Assembly: GCA_038253225.1 (NCBI GenBank)
Contig: JBBSHH010000003.1
Coordinates: 545-64,544 of the forward strand
Direction of reading: 5' to 3'
Length of the DNA stretch: 64,000 nucleotides
Source of the DNA: Mycobacteriales bacterium
Lineage (GTDB): Bacteria; Actinomycetota; Actinomycetes; JALYNC01
The notes beneath the pieces are model-generated. The model was not told the origin of the DNA. It saw nothing but the letters and a program-made list of their open reading frames with translations, and did not search any database. A program made the position numbers and the translations under genes. Shown one piece after another: positions 46,861 to 56,764 of the stretch (within the stretch, counting starts at the first letter, position 1; each line of letters starts with the position of its first letter).

Positions 46861-47172
46861 TCAGCCGAACCGGGTGACGAAGACGATCGCGCCCGCGACG
46901 GTCGTCACCAGGCCCATCGCGATGCTGGCGCCGCCGAGCGTCCGATCGCCGGCCCGCAGCGACAGCGCGCCCAGGGTGCTGGCGACGGTCCCGAACACCA
47001 GCGCGACGATCGCGGCACCGTTGTTGCGGATGATCAGGAAACCGACGGTGGCGGCGCAGATGCCGCTGATCCCCAGCCCCCACCCGGGCGGGGCTACGAA
47101 CGGCTCCCGCCGGCCGCGCTTGCGCTGTGCCACGCCGACCTCCGCTTCCGCCGGAGGCCCATTCTGCCGCAC
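46861..47172 (-). CDS. small membrane protein, possibly GlsB/YeaQ/YmgE-like
   Basis: Gly-rich paired TM helices (GWGLGISGICAATVGFLII, AIVALVFGTVASTLGAL, IAMGLVTTVAGAIVFV). The N-terminal 25 aa are uncertain. Confidence 0.45.
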   Translation of the reverse strand: MRQNGPPAEAEVGVAQRKRGRREPFVAPPGWGLGISGICAATVGFLIIRNNGAAIVALVFGTVASTLGALSLRAGDRTLGGASIAMGLVTTVAGAIVFVTRFG

Positions 47173-47195
47173 CCCGGACCTGCCACGATCGGTTC

Positions 47196-48251
47196 ATGCC
47201 TGACCCGAACCCCCAGCCCTACGACAGTGGCCCGCTGGTCGAGCGGCTGTCGCCGGCCGGTTGGCTGGGTGACCGGGCGCCGTTGTACGCCGCGCTGCTG
47301 ACCGGCGCGGCGCACGACGTCGCCGCTGGCGGGGTCACCGCCCGGGTCTTCGCCGGGCTGGAGGGGCCGCCGGGCAGCGTGCCGGGCCTGCGGCTGATGG
47401 CCGCGCTGCACCGACTGGTGATCTCCCGGCAGGTTCCCGAACTGGCGCTGCACTACCCGAGCGTCGGCGGGACTGCGGCGCCGGCGGGCGCGTGGGCGCC
47501 GGCCCGGCGGGTCATCGAGGAGCGGACCGATGAGCTGCGCGAGCTGGTCGCCCGGCCGGTGCAGACCAACGAGGTGGGCCGGTCGGCGGTGCTGCTCACC
47601 GGGTTGCTGCACATCGCGGCTCGCACCGGAGCACCGCTGCGACTGCTGGAGATCGGTGCGAGCGGCGGGCTGAACCTCAACGTCGACCGCTACCGCTACA
47701 CCGCCGGCGGCAGTGGCTACGGTCCGCCGGATGCCCCGCTGACGTTGGTCGAGCCCTGGGACGGTCCGACGGCGGACCTGACGGCGGACCTGCGGATCGT
47801 GGAGCGGCTGGGCTGTGACCCGGCACCGGTCGACCCGACCACGCCGGAGGGGCGCCTGACCCTGTCCAGCTGCGTCTGGGCCGACCACGTGGAGCGGTTC
47901 CAGCGGCTCACGGCGGCGTTCACGGTGGCGGCGGCGTATCCGGTTCGGGTGGACAAGGCCCGCGCGCTGGACTGGCTCCGGGACCGGTTGGCCGCGCCGC
48001 CGGTCGGGCCCGGCACCACCGTGGTGTGGCACAGCGTCATGCTGCAGTACGTCGACCCGGCCGAGCGGGTGGCGCTCGACCGGCTGCTCGCCGGCGCCGA
48101 CGTCGTCCGGCTCTCGATGGAGCCGGCCGCGCAGGACCCCGGCCGGTTCCCGCTCCGGCTGCGCTGGCCCGACGGGGCCGTCGAGCACGTGGCCGACGCG
48201 CTCGGACACGGGCCGCCGATCACCCTGCGGCCAGCACGCCCCACGCCGTGA
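47196..48251 (+). CDS. DUF2332 domain protein
   Basis: ATG at 47196. LLEIGASGGLNLNVDRYRY and the following conserved blocks match the DUF2332 family. Confidence 0.7.
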   Translation: MPDPNPQPYDSGPLVERLSPAGWLGDRAPLYAALLTGAAHDVAAGGVTARVFAGLEGPPGSVPGLRLMAALHRLVISRQVPELALHYPSVGGTAAPAGAWAPARRVIEERTDELRELVARPVQTNEVGRSAVLLTGLLHIAARTGAPLRLLEIGASGGLNLNVDRYRYTAGGSGYGPPDAPLTLVEPWDGPTADLTADLRIVERLGCDPAPVDPTTPEGRLTLSSCVWADHVERFQRLTAAFTVAAAYPVRVDKARALDWLRDRLAAPPVGPGTTVVWHSVMLQYVDPAERVALDRLLAGADVVRLSMEPAAQDPGRFPLRLRWPDGAVEHVADALGHGPPITLRPARPTP

Positions 48252-48657
48252 GCGTCTCGACCAGCCCGTCGGTCAGCGCCAGCCCGTCGAGGTCGGCCCG
48301 GGTGAACCAGCGGGCAGCTGCGGCGTCATCCCCGGCGGCCAGCGTCCCCCCGATCGGTCTGACGGCGTAGTCCGCGATGGCGTAGAGCACCCCAGCGCCG
48401 GCCGGCCAGTCCGCCCGCCCCACCAGCGGCCCGATGTCGACCACCAGCCCTGTCTCCTCCAGCACCTCCCGGGCCAGCGCCGCCGCCTCGCTCTCGCCCG
48501 GCTCGACCCGACCGCCCGGGAGCGACCAGCGACCCGCCGCCGGTGGCCGGCCCCGGCGGACCAGCAGCAGCCGGCCCTGCTGATCGATCGCGACGCCACC
48601 GACGCACGGCACCCGCACGGGCGCCGCCGCGGCGCCGGGTGGGGGGTTGGTGTCCAC
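48220..48657 (-). CDS. NUDIX hydrolase
   Basis: Nudix box GGRVEPGESEAAALAREVLEETGL. Overlaps the 3-prime end of the DUF2332 gene by 32 nt. Confidence 0.8.
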   Translation of the reverse strand: MDTNPPPGAAAAPVRVPCVGGVAIDQQGRLLLVRRGRPPAAGRWSLPGGRVEPGESEAAALAREVLEETGLVVDIGPLVGRADWPAGAGVLYAIADYAVRPIGGTLAAGDDAAAARWFTRADLDGLALTDGLVETLTAWGVLAAG

Positions 48658-48752
48658 GCCGGGAGACTAGGCGGGGACACCGGCCCCGAGGTCGGCGGCC
48701 GGGCGTCCGTCCCGCCGAGCCGAGCCGAACCGGAGCGAGGCATGCTGGAGCG

Positions 48753-49751
48753 ATGACCCGGCGACGTGCTGTGCTGGCTGGCGCGAGCGCTGCCGCGCTG
48801 GTCGGCGCCGCGCTCGTCACGGGCGGGGTGGTGCTGGCGACGCAGGACCGGTCCGTCCACGTGCGCAGCCCAGCCGCCCCGGTCGTCCGCACACCGGGGC
48901 CGGCCCCCGCCGGGCGCACCGCCTCGGGGTCGGCGCCGGCCGCGCCGCGGCGGACCTCGGTCGTCGTCCTGGTGGAGGAGAACCACGAGTACGCGCGCAT
49001 CATCGGCTCCCCGTCGGCGCCGTTCCTCACCGCGCTGGCCACGCACGGGACGCGGCTCTCGGCGTACTACGGCATCCGGCACCCGTCGCTGCCCAACTAT
49101 CTGGCCATGATCGGCGGGGACACGTTCGGCGTGCACAGCGACTGCACCCGCTGCCGGGTCCGCGCCACCGACCTGGTCCACCAGCTGGAGGCGGCGCACA
49201 TCTCCTGGGCGGGGTACTTCCAGGGGCTGCCGGCGCCGTGCTCGGATGTCGCCTCGGCCGGGGCCTACGCCAAGAAGCACAACCCGTTCATGTACTTCGA
49301 CGACATCCGCACGGACCCGGCCCGCTGCCGACACGTCGTCCCGATCGACGACTTCGGTCGCGACGCCGCCGCCGGCCGGCTGCCACGGTTCGCGTTCGTG
49401 GTGCCGGACCTCGACCACGACATGCACGACGGCTCGGTGGCGACCGGGGACCGCTGGGCGCAGGCGCTGTACGGGCAGCTGTCCGCGGCGCCGACGTGGG
49501 GCGCCGGCAGCCGGCTGGTCGTCACCTTCGACGAGGGAAGCTCCGACGCCGGCTGCTGCCGGCCGCCCGCGGCCGGCGGCCACGTCGTCACGATCGTGGC
49601 CGGCCCGGGGGCGCCGGCCGGTGTCGTCGACGCCACCCCCTACGACCATTACTCGCTGCTCGCCTCGATCGAGTCGGCGTTCGGCCTGTCCAGGCTCGGC
49701 TACGCCGCCGCGGCGGGTGTTACGACGATCCCCGCCCTGGCATCGTCGTGA
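48753..49751 (+). CDS. secreted phosphoesterase family protein (acid phosphatase / phospholipase C-like, PF04185)
   Basis: Signal peptide MTRRRAVLAGASAAALVGAALV after GGAG and ATG at 48753. SLPNYLAMIGGDT, HDMHDG and FDEGSSD motifs. Confidence 0.8.
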   Translation: MTRRRAVLAGASAAALVGAALVTGGVVLATQDRSVHVRSPAAPVVRTPGPAPAGRTASGSAPAAPRRTSVVVLVEENHEYARIIGSPSAPFLTALATHGTRLSAYYGIRHPSLPNYLAMIGGDTFGVHSDCTRCRVRATDLVHQLEAAHISWAGYFQGLPAPCSDVASAGAYAKKHNPFMYFDDIRTDPARCRHVVPIDDFGRDAAAGRLPRFAFVVPDLDHDMHDGSVATGDRWAQALYGQLSAAPTWGAGSRLVVTFDEGSSDAGCCRPPAAGGHVVTIVAGPGAPAGVVDATPYDHYSLLASIESAFGLSRLGYAAAAGVTTIPALASS

Positions 49752-49831
49752 CCCAGCGTGGCTCGACCGAACCTGGTCGTGACAGTTCCACCCAGTTCGG
49801 GGGTTGACGGGCGGCCGGAGCGGCCGCACCG

Positions 49832-50470
49832 TTGACGAACATGAGGCCGGAGCCGACCTGCCCGCGGTGCGCCGGACCACTACGGCCGCCGGGCCTGTGG
49901 TCGAGCTCCTGGCAGTGCCAGTGGCACGGCAACGTCCACCCCTACCAGGTCATGCCGCGGATCGGCGCCGAGGCGCTCGAGCATGTGGTGGCCCGCTCCG
50001 AGGTGCCGTTCTGGCTGCCGTGGCCGATGCCGGCCGGCTGGCTGGTCAGCGGCGCGGCGTACGCCGGGGACGAGCGCACCGGGGCCCGGGCGACCGTGCT
50101 GGCCTGCTCCGGTCCGGCCCCCCTCGGCGGCGCCGCCGACCTGCTGCTGATCGCGGAGGAGCCGGGGGTCGGGCTCGGCGCCCGCTACGCCGGGCTGCCG
50201 GCGGCCGACCCGGGCGATGTCGCCGCCGAGCCGCCGCATGCCAAGGTCGAGGCCTGCGGGCACCCGACCCCGATGTGGCACTTGCCCAGCCCCAACGACT
50301 GCGCGGCCTACGTCGGCGAGGCCCGGGGGTGCTGGCTGTGGTCGGTGCTCTGGCCCAGCGCCGCCGGTGTGCTGCTGCTGGAGAACCTCGCGCTGCTCGA
50401 CCTGCGTGACGAACGGCCGGAGCTGGAGTACGGCGCGCCGTCGCCGCTGCTCGCCGGCGCGCTGGACTGA
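49832..50470 (+). CDS. hypothetical protein with N-terminal CxxC...H zinc-ribbon-like motif (conserved actinobacterial)
   Basis: CPRCAGPLRPPGLWSSSWQCQWHGNVHP. Protein-like composition rich in Trp and Cys. Confidence 0.6.
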   Translation: MTNMRPEPTCPRCAGPLRPPGLWSSSWQCQWHGNVHPYQVMPRIGAEALEHVVARSEVPFWLPWPMPAGWLVSGAAYAGDERTGARATVLACSGPAPLGGAADLLLIAEEPGVGLGARYAGLPAADPGDVAAEPPHAKVEACGHPTPMWHLPSPNDCAAYVGEARGCWLWSVLWPSAAGVLLLENLALLDLRDERPELEYGAPSPLLAGALD

Positions 50471-50707
50471 CCGCGGCCGCGGTCGGGAGGTCAGCGCAGC
50501 AGGTCGACGAGCACGACGGCGATCGCGCCGGCGGTCAGGGCGACCCGCAGAGCGAGGCGACGCCAGCGCAGCTGGCGTTGGGGAAGGAGCGCCATGACGG
50601 CGCAGGGTAGGGCAACCCGCCCCGGTCGCCGATAGCGGCGCGCCGGCCGGTGCACGCCCGGGTCGTTACGATCACCCAGTCCGCGAGCGACAGACCGGAG
50701 CACCGCC

Positions 50708-51565
50708 CTGCGTATCGACCTGCACGCCCACAGCAGCGCCTCGGACGGGACGACGCCGCCCGCGGAGCTGGTCCGGCTGGCCGGGGCCGACCGGCTCGAC
50801 GTGCTGGCGCTCACCGATCACGACACGACCGCCGGTTGGGCGGAGGCGGTGGCGGCCCTGCCGCCGGGGCTGACGCTGGTCCGCGGGGCGGAGCTGTCCT
50901 GCGTCGCCGAGACCGCCACCGGCCGGGTGTCGCTGCACCTGCTCGGCTACCTGTTCGACCCCGCCGAGCCGGCGTTGGCCGCCGAGCTGGCCCGGCTGCG
51001 CGCCGACCGCGACCGGCGCGGCGCCGCGATGGTCGCTCGGCTCGTGGACCTCGGGGCCCCGGTGAGCTGGGAGCAGGTGCAAGCGATCGCCGCCGGTGGC
51101 ACGGTGGGCCGTCCGCACGTCGGTCGCGCGCTGGTGGACGCCGGGGTCGTGCCGGACCTGGCGTCGGCGTTCAGCCGCGACTGGATCGGTGCCGGTGGGC
51201 GCGCGTACGTGCCCAAGCGGGCGCTGGAGCCCGCCGCCGCGATCGGGTTGGTCCGGGCGGCGGGCGGGGTCACGGTGCTGGCGCACCCCGGTGCCGACGG
51301 CCGCGGGCCGGTCGTCGCCGACGGGGTGGTCTCGGCGCTGGCAGCCGCCGGCCTCGACGGCCTCGAGGTCGACCATCCGGACCACTCGCCGGCCGTGCGG
51401 GGCCGGCTGCGCTCCCTCGCGGCCGGGCTCGGACTGGTCGTCACCGGCAGCAGCGACTTCCACGGTGCCAACAAGTCCGTGCGGCTCGGCGAGAACCTCA
51501 CCGCGGCCGCGGCGTACGAGGCGCTGGTCGACCGGGCGCGGGGCGTGGCACCGATCGCCGCATGA
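50708..51565 (+). CDS. PHP family metal-dependent phosphoesterase (TrpH/YciV-like)
   Basis: RIDLHAHSSASDGT (PHP motif I), LALTDHDTTAGW, and downstream His/Asp motifs. The first canonical start, GTG at 50801, lies downstream of motif I. A CTG at 50708 would give MRIDLHAHS. Confidence 0.85.
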   Translation: MRIDLHAHSSASDGTTPPAELVRLAGADRLDVLALTDHDTTAGWAEAVAALPPGLTLVRGAELSCVAETATGRVSLHLLGYLFDPAEPALAAELARLRADRDRRGAAMVARLVDLGAPVSWEQVQAIAAGGTVGRPHVGRALVDAGVVPDLASAFSRDWIGAGGRAYVPKRALEPAAAIGLVRAAGGVTVLAHPGADGRGPVVADGVVSALAAAGLDGLEVDHPDHSPAVRGRLRSLAAGLGLVVTGSSDFHGANKSVRLGENLTAAAAYEALVDRARGVAPIAA

Positions 51566-52179
51566 GCTCCGTCGTCAACGCGCGACTGTTCGGCGAGGTG
51601 TTCGTCACGCTGTCGGTGATCATGGATCCGCTCGGCACGATCCCGTTGTTCCTCGGGCTCACCGGCGGCCGCAGCCGGCGGGCGCGGCGCCGGCTGGCGT
51701 GGCAGGCGGTGACGGTCTCCGGCTTCGTCATCACGGTGTTCGCGCTGTTCGGCCAGCAGATCCTGAGCTACCTCGGCATCAGCGTGCCGGCGCTGCAGGG
51801 GGCCGGCGGGCTGCTGTTGATCATCGTGGCGCTGGAGCTGCTCACCGACAACCAGGACACGCCGACCCAGACCCAGGACGTCAACGTCGCGCTGGTCCCG
51901 CTGGGAACGCCGCTGCTGGCCGGCCCGGGCGCGATCGTCGCGACGATCGTGTTCGTCCGGCGGGCCGACGGCGTCCCGGACGGCGTCGCGATCGCGGCCG
52001 GAGTGCTCGCCGTGCACCTCGTGCTCTGGCTGGCGCTGCGGTTCGCGGTCGGCATCCTGCGGATCATCCGGGAGAGCGGCGTGCTGCTGCTGACCCGCAT
52101 CTCCGGGCTGCTGCTGTCCGCGATCGCCGTCCAGCTCATCGCGGACGCGGTGACCGCCTTTGTCCGATCCGGTCGCTGA
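51562..52179 (+). CDS. marC: MarC family (UPF0056) membrane protein
   Basis: Six TM helices with conserved MDPLGTIPLF. The ATG overlaps the PHP stop (ATGA). Confidence 0.85.
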   Translation: MSSVVNARLFGEVFVTLSVIMDPLGTIPLFLGLTGGRSRRARRRLAWQAVTVSGFVITVFALFGQQILSYLGISVPALQGAGGLLLIIVALELLTDNQDTPTQTQDVNVALVPLGTPLLAGPGAIVATIVFVRRADGVPDGVAIAAGVLAVHLVLWLALRFAVGILRIIRESGVLLLTRISGLLLSAIAVQLIADAVTAFVRSGR

Positions 52180-52241
52180 GCCGGCGATGAGCCGCCGCTG
52201 GCTAGGCTGCCCGGGATCTCGTCCGCCGGTTCGGAGGCCGC

Positions 52242-53327
52242 ATGAGCAGGCAGGTCCAGGCCGTGGTCGCCCGCGAGAAGGGAGCTCCGGTCCGGCTCGA
52301 GACCGTCGTCGTGCCGGACCCGGGGCCGGGTGAGGCGGTGGTGCGGGTGCAGGCCTGCGGGGTCTGCCACACCGACCTGCACTACCGGGATGGCGCCATC
52401 ACCGACGGCTTCCCGTTCCTGCTCGGACACGAGGCCGCTGGCGTGGTGGCGGCCGTCGGCGACGGGGTCGGGGAGGTGGCGGCCGGCGACTACGTCGTGA
52501 TCGCCTGGCGGGCGCCGTGCGGCGCCTGCCGGTCCTGTCGGCGTGGTCGGCCGTGGTACTGCTTCGACAGCCGCAACGCCGCCCAGCCGATGACGCTGGA
52601 GGACGGCACCCCGCTCTCGCCGGCGCTCGGCATCGGCGCGTTCGCCGAGTACACGCTGGTCGCCGCGGCCCAGTGCGTGCCGGTGGCCGCGGCGGCGCGT
52701 CCCGAGGCGGCCGGCCTGATCGGCTGCGGCGTGATGGCGGGTTTCGGGGCGGCCGTCAACACCGGCAACGTCGGCCGCGGCGACACCGTCGCGGTGATCG
52801 GCTGCGGCGGCGTCGGGAACGCGGCCATCGCCGGGGCGGCGATCGCCGGCGCCCGTACGGTCATCGCGGTCGACATCGACCCCCGCAAGCTCGAGTGGGC
52901 CCGCCGGTTCGGCGCGACCGAGGTGGTGAACGCCGGTGAGTCCGACCCGGTCGAGGCGATCCGGGCGCTGACCGGCGGCTTCGGCGCCGACGTCGTCATC
53001 GAGGCGGTCGGCCGGCCGGAGACCTACCGGCAGGCGTTTCTCGCCCGCGACCTCGCCGGCACGCTGGTGCAGGTCGGCGTCCCCGACCCGTCGATGACGG
53101 TCGAGCTGCCGATGATCGAGCTGTTCGGTCGCGGCGGCGCGCTGAAGTCCTCCTGGTACGGCGACTGCCTGCCGAGCCGCGACTTCCCGATGCTGATCGA
53201 CCTCTACCTCTCCGGTCGCCTCGACCTCGACGGCTTCGTCTCCGACACGATCGGCCTCGGCGACGTCGAGTCGGCGTTCGCCAGGATGGCGCGTGGCGAG
53301 GTGCTCCGCTCGGTCGTGGTGCTGTGA
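52242..53327 (+). CDS. class III zinc alcohol dehydrogenase / S-(hydroxymethyl)mycothiol dehydrogenase-like
   Basis: [17 protein letters not shown], structural-zinc [15 protein letters not shown], and [13 protein letters not shown] Rossmann motif. Confidence 0.9.
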   Translation: MSRQVQAVVAREKGAPVRLETVVVPDPGPGEAVVRVQACGVCHTDLHYRDGAITDGFPFLLGHEAAGVVAAVGDGVGEVAAGDYVVIAWRAPCGACRSCRRGRPWYCFDSRNAAQPMTLEDGTPLSPALGIGAFAEYTLVAAAQCVPVAAAARPEAAGLIGCGVMAGFGAAVNTGNVGRGDTVAVIGCGGVGNAAIAGAAIAGARTVIAVDIDPRKLEWARRFGATEVVNAGESDPVEAIRALTGGFGADVVIEAVGRPETYRQAFLARDLAGTLVQVGVPDPSMTVELPMIELFGRGGALKSSWYGDCLPSRDFPMLIDLYLSGRLDLDGFVSDTIGLGDVESAFARMARGEVLRSVVVL

Positions 53328-53381
53328 AGGATCGACAACAACGGGTGGCTGGTCGGGGACGACGTTGGGGTTTGACCCGGG

Positions 53382-54011
53382 TCAGCCCCGGGCGAGCAGT
53401 TGTCGCACCAGGAGATCCGCCAGCCAGTCTTCGTACCGGGTCGGTGACCAACGCCGGTCGAGCACAAGGGTTCGGTAGGCCTCGGCGAGGGTGCAGGCGA
53501 CGTACACGTCGACCGCGGTGGTCCGCGTCAGCCCCGGCGCGAGGTGCCCGTCGAGGGAGGCGATGAGGCTGTCGATGGCGTGGTCGCGGCCGGCCTGGAC
53601 CCGGCGCCACTCCTGCGCCATGGCGGGGTCGGTGCGGGCCGCCTCCTGATAGATCGCGATGACGTCATGGCCGAGCTCCATCTGCCGTCGGTGCCAATGC
53701 GCAGCCATCTGCAGGCGTCGCACCGGGTCGGGCTGGGCCAGCGCCTCGTCGTGCTGGCGCTCGACGTCGGAGTCGGCGATCCACATCCGCCGGATCTCGG
53801 CGAGGACTCCGGCCTTGCTGCCCAGCGCGGAGTAGATCGTCGGTGCCGGGACGTCGGCGGCCTGCGCGATGGCCTGCAGGGTGGTGGCGACGTAGCCCTG
53901 CTCGGCGAACAGTGCCCGAGCGGCCCGGGCGACCTGCTCGCGGGTGGCGAGGGCCTGGCGGCCGCGGTGACCCGGCGGGAGGGGCTTGACAGCCATGTCG
54001 ACATAGTACAA
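53382..54011 (-). CDS. TetR/AcrR family transcriptional regulator
   Basis: HTH TREQVARAARALFAEQGYVATTLQAIAQAADVPAPTIY. Confidence 0.85.
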   Translation of the reverse strand: MYYVDMAVKPLPPGHRGRQALATREQVARAARALFAEQGYVATTLQAIAQAADVPAPTIYSALGSKAGVLAEIRRMWIADSDVERQHDEALAQPDPVRRLQMAAHWHRRQMELGHDVIAIYQEAARTDPAMAQEWRRVQAGRDHAIDSLIASLDGHLAPGLTRTTAVDVYVACTLAEAYRTLVLDRRWSPTRYEDWLADLLVRQLLARG

Positions 54012-54046
54012 CTGTACTCGTCATAGTCTCACTATGAGGAGGGACG

Positions 54047-55243
54047 ATGGACGCTCCGACGGTCGGCGCCACGAGGGGCCATGGGAGTGGGACCCCTCCG
54101 CGGGATCCGCGACCGGGTCTCGGCGCGGCGGAGCTGGCCGACGACGACCTGACGGCGGTCGTGCAGGCGGCGTTGGGTCGCCCGGTGCGGCTGGGCGGGT
54201 GGCAGCTGACGCCGGTGGGCGCGCCGGTCACAGCCATCTCCACCGAGGCCGTGCTGAAGGTCCACGGCGTGGCGTACGACGGCGAGGCGGAGCGGCCGTG
54301 GGCGGTGCTGGTCAAGGTTCTGCGCTCGGCTCGGCACTGGCCCCTCCTGGACGTCGTCCCGGCCTCGGTCCGCCAGGACTTCGTCGACAGCTTCCAGTGG
54401 CGGGTCGAGGCGGACGTCCTGGGCTCCGACCTCCCCGGCCGCCTGCCTGCGGGAATGCGCACCCCCCGGGTGTTCCGCATCGACGACCTGGGGGACGACC
54501 GCGTCGCGCTGTGGGTGGAGTACGTCGACGTGGCGGACGTGGAGTGGGACCGCGCCCGGTTCGCCCGTGCGGCCCGGCTGCTGGGGCGCTGGGCGGCCCG
54601 GACGGCCGCCGCGCCGCCGGCCCGACCGGCCGGTGCGATGACCGGGTCGGGCCTGCGGCTCATGGCCGCCGGCCCGCTGGCCCGCAACGTCTTCCCGCAA
54701 CTGCGGGAGGACGGCGTGTGGAGCCACCCGCTGGTCGCCGCGGCCGCGGACCCGGCGCTGCGCCAGGACCTGATCGCGCTCGCTGACCGGGTCCCCGCGA
54801 TGCTCGACCGGCTCGACGCGCTGCCGGGCGCCACCGGCCACGGCGACGCCTGCCCGCAGAACCTGCTGGTCCCCGACGACTCGCCGGAGACCTTCGTCGC
54901 GATCGACATCTCCTGGCAGCAGCCGGAAGCACTCGGCTTCGACCTCGGGCAGCTCCTCGTCGGGCGGGCGCACTCCGGGGACCTGCCGGCGGCCGCCCTC
55001 CCCGAGCTGCACGACATCATGCTCACTGCCCATCTTCGGGGACTGCGCGAGGAAGGGTGCGCAGCCGACCCGGCCCAGGTCCGCTACGGCTTCGACGCCG
55101 CGCTGGTCATCCGCAGCGGTTTCACCGCCCTCCCGCTGGACCAGCTGGCGCAGCCACCCACGCCCGCGCTGCGCGCCGAGGTCGCTCGTCGGGTCGCGCT
55201 CACCCGTTACATCGCGGACGTCGGTCTGCGCCTCGATCCGTGA
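54047..55243 (+). CDS. phosphotransferase enzyme family protein (APH/choline kinase-like)
   Basis: Catalytic loop HGDACPQNLLV and DxSWQQ region. Divergent from the TetR gene. Confidence 0.8.
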   Translation: MDAPTVGATRGHGSGTPPRDPRPGLGAAELADDDLTAVVQAALGRPVRLGGWQLTPVGAPVTAISTEAVLKVHGVAYDGEAERPWAVLVKVLRSARHWPLLDVVPASVRQDFVDSFQWRVEADVLGSDLPGRLPAGMRTPRVFRIDDLGDDRVALWVEYVDVADVEWDRARFARAARLLGRWAARTAAAPPARPAGAMTGSGLRLMAAGPLARNVFPQLREDGVWSHPLVAAAADPALRQDLIALADRVPAMLDRLDALPGATGHGDACPQNLLVPDDSPETFVAIDISWQQPEALGFDLGQLLVGRAHSGDLPAAALPELHDIMLTAHLRGLREEGCAADPAQVRYGFDAALVIRSGFTALPLDQLAQPPTPALRAEVARRVALTRYIADVGLRLDP

Positions 55244-55382
55244 CGCGTGATTCGTCCCCTGGCGTCGGTGGCGCGGCGGGCGGGCTCGGCCGCGGCGCTG
55301 GCGGCGTGGGACGCGGGATCGACAAGGGCTACCTTCCCGGCGTGCAGTTTGGAGCATCAGGTGATGTCCACGGAGGCCCGTC

Positions 55383-55796
55383 GTGACCACGCCGCCCGCG
55401 CCCACGTTGGCGACCGGCAAGATCTGCTACCTGGAGATCCCCGCTGTCGACGTCGGGCGGTCAGCGGAGTTTTACCGGCGGGCCTTCGGTTGGCAGATCC
55501 GACCGCGCGGCGACGGCGCGACGGCCTTCGACGACACCGTCAACCAGGTGAGCGGCGCCTGGGTGCTCGGGCGGCCGCCGGCGTCCGAGCCCGGCCTCAT
55601 GATCTACATCATGGTGGCCAGCGCCGCGGCTGCGGTCGAGGCGGTCGTCGCGGCGGGTGGCGAGATCGTGGCGCCGATCGACCCGAACGACGCCGAGGTC
55701 GTCGCGAGGTTCCGCGACCCGGCGGGCAACGTGCTCGGCCTCTACCAGCAGCCCGGACTGGCTGAGACGGAGGCTCGAGTGACCTCCGCCGGCTGA
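55383..55796 (+). CDS. VOC family protein (glyoxalase/bleomycin-resistance fold)
   Basis: ICYLEIPAVDVGRSAEFYRRAFGW and a C-terminal RFRDPAGNVLGLYQ paired beta-alpha-beta-beta-beta module. Confidence 0.8.
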   Translation: MTTPPAPTLATGKICYLEIPAVDVGRSAEFYRRAFGWQIRPRGDGATAFDDTVNQVSGAWVLGRPPASEPGLMIYIMVASAAAAVEAVVAAGGEIVAPIDPNDAEVVARFRDPAGNVLGLYQQPGLAETEARVTSAG

Positions 55797-55803
55797 GCAC
55801 CTG

Positions 55804-56688
55804 CTACGTCCCCCAGCCGGCCCGCATCAGCACGCTGGCCCAGGTGCGGTACGGGCGCCAGCGCTCGGCCACCCGGGCCAGCTCGGCCGCCGTCCCCGCG
55901 ACGCCGTACGCGGCCGCGACCGCCGCGAGCAGTCGGCGCTCCTGTCTGGGCGCGGCGTCCGGGTCGCCGGCGCCGCGCAGCAGGATCAGCTCGGCCGAGA
56001 ACGGGCCGATGCCGTCGAGGGTCTGCAGCCCGGTCAGCGCGTCGGCTCGGGGCTGCGACCGGAGCCGGTCGGCGTCGAGCCGGCCGGCCATCGTCGCCTC
56101 GGCCAGCGACCGTAGCCAGCCCACCTTCCGGTCGCTCAGCCCGGGAAACCCGGTCAGCTCGGCCAGCCGCTGTGGCGCCGGGAACGCCGGCACCAGCCGG
56201 CCGTCGAGCTCGACCGGCTGACCGAGCTCGGCCGCCATTCGGCCCTTGACCGCAGCCGCCTGACGCATCGAGATCCGCTGACCGATCAGGGCCCAGGCGG
56301 CCGCTTCGTACGGCGACCAGAAGCAGACCGGCCGCAGCCCCGGGAAACGGGCCTGCAGCGCCCCGATCACGGGGTCGCGCCGACCGACCGCCGGGAACTC
56401 CGACCCGTTGATGTCGAGGCTGAGGATCCGGGCCACCTGCGCGGCGACCGTGCCCGGCGGGGCGGTGCCGACGATCTCGGCCACGACCGCGCCGCCGTCC
56501 GCACGGACCACCGCCCCCGCGGTGGACCAGTGCCCCTCCACCGGGAACGCCAGCCGCAGCCGGGCGCCGCCGTCGGCGGCCGGCTCGGTGCTGTGTGTCA
56601 TCGCCCCGCCGAAGGCGGCCAGGAAATCCACCGCCGCGGACAAGGAGAACGGGCCGCGGACCGGGATGGAGACCGTGCTCGACGTCAT
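55804..56688 (-). CDS. alkA: DNA-3-methyladenine glycosylase II (AlkA, HhH-GPD superfamily)
   Basis: AlkA N-terminal domain, HhH-GPD motif LTGLQTLDGIGPFSAELILLRGAGDPDAAP with the catalytic Asp. ATG at 56688; upstream track residues are junk. Confidence 0.85.
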   Translation of the reverse strand: MTSSTVSIPVRGPFSLSAAVDFLAAFGGAMTHSTEPAADGGARLRLAFPVEGHWSTAGAVVRADGGAVVAEIVGTAPPGTVAAQVARILSLDINGSEFPAVGRRDPVIGALQARFPGLRPVCFWSPYEAAAWALIGQRISMRQAAAVKGRMAAELGQPVELDGRLVPAFPAPQRLAELTGFPGLSDRKVGWLRSLAEATMAGRLDADRLRSQPRADALTGLQTLDGIGPFSAELILLRGAGDPDAAPRQERRLLAAVAAAYGVAGTAAELARVAERWRPYRTWASVLMRAGWGT

Positions 56689-56764
56689 ACCCGAGGGGTA
56701 GCAGGCGGGTCCGACACAATCGCTCCCGCCCCGTCCAGCCGCCGATCGTCCGAGGGAGCTCGCC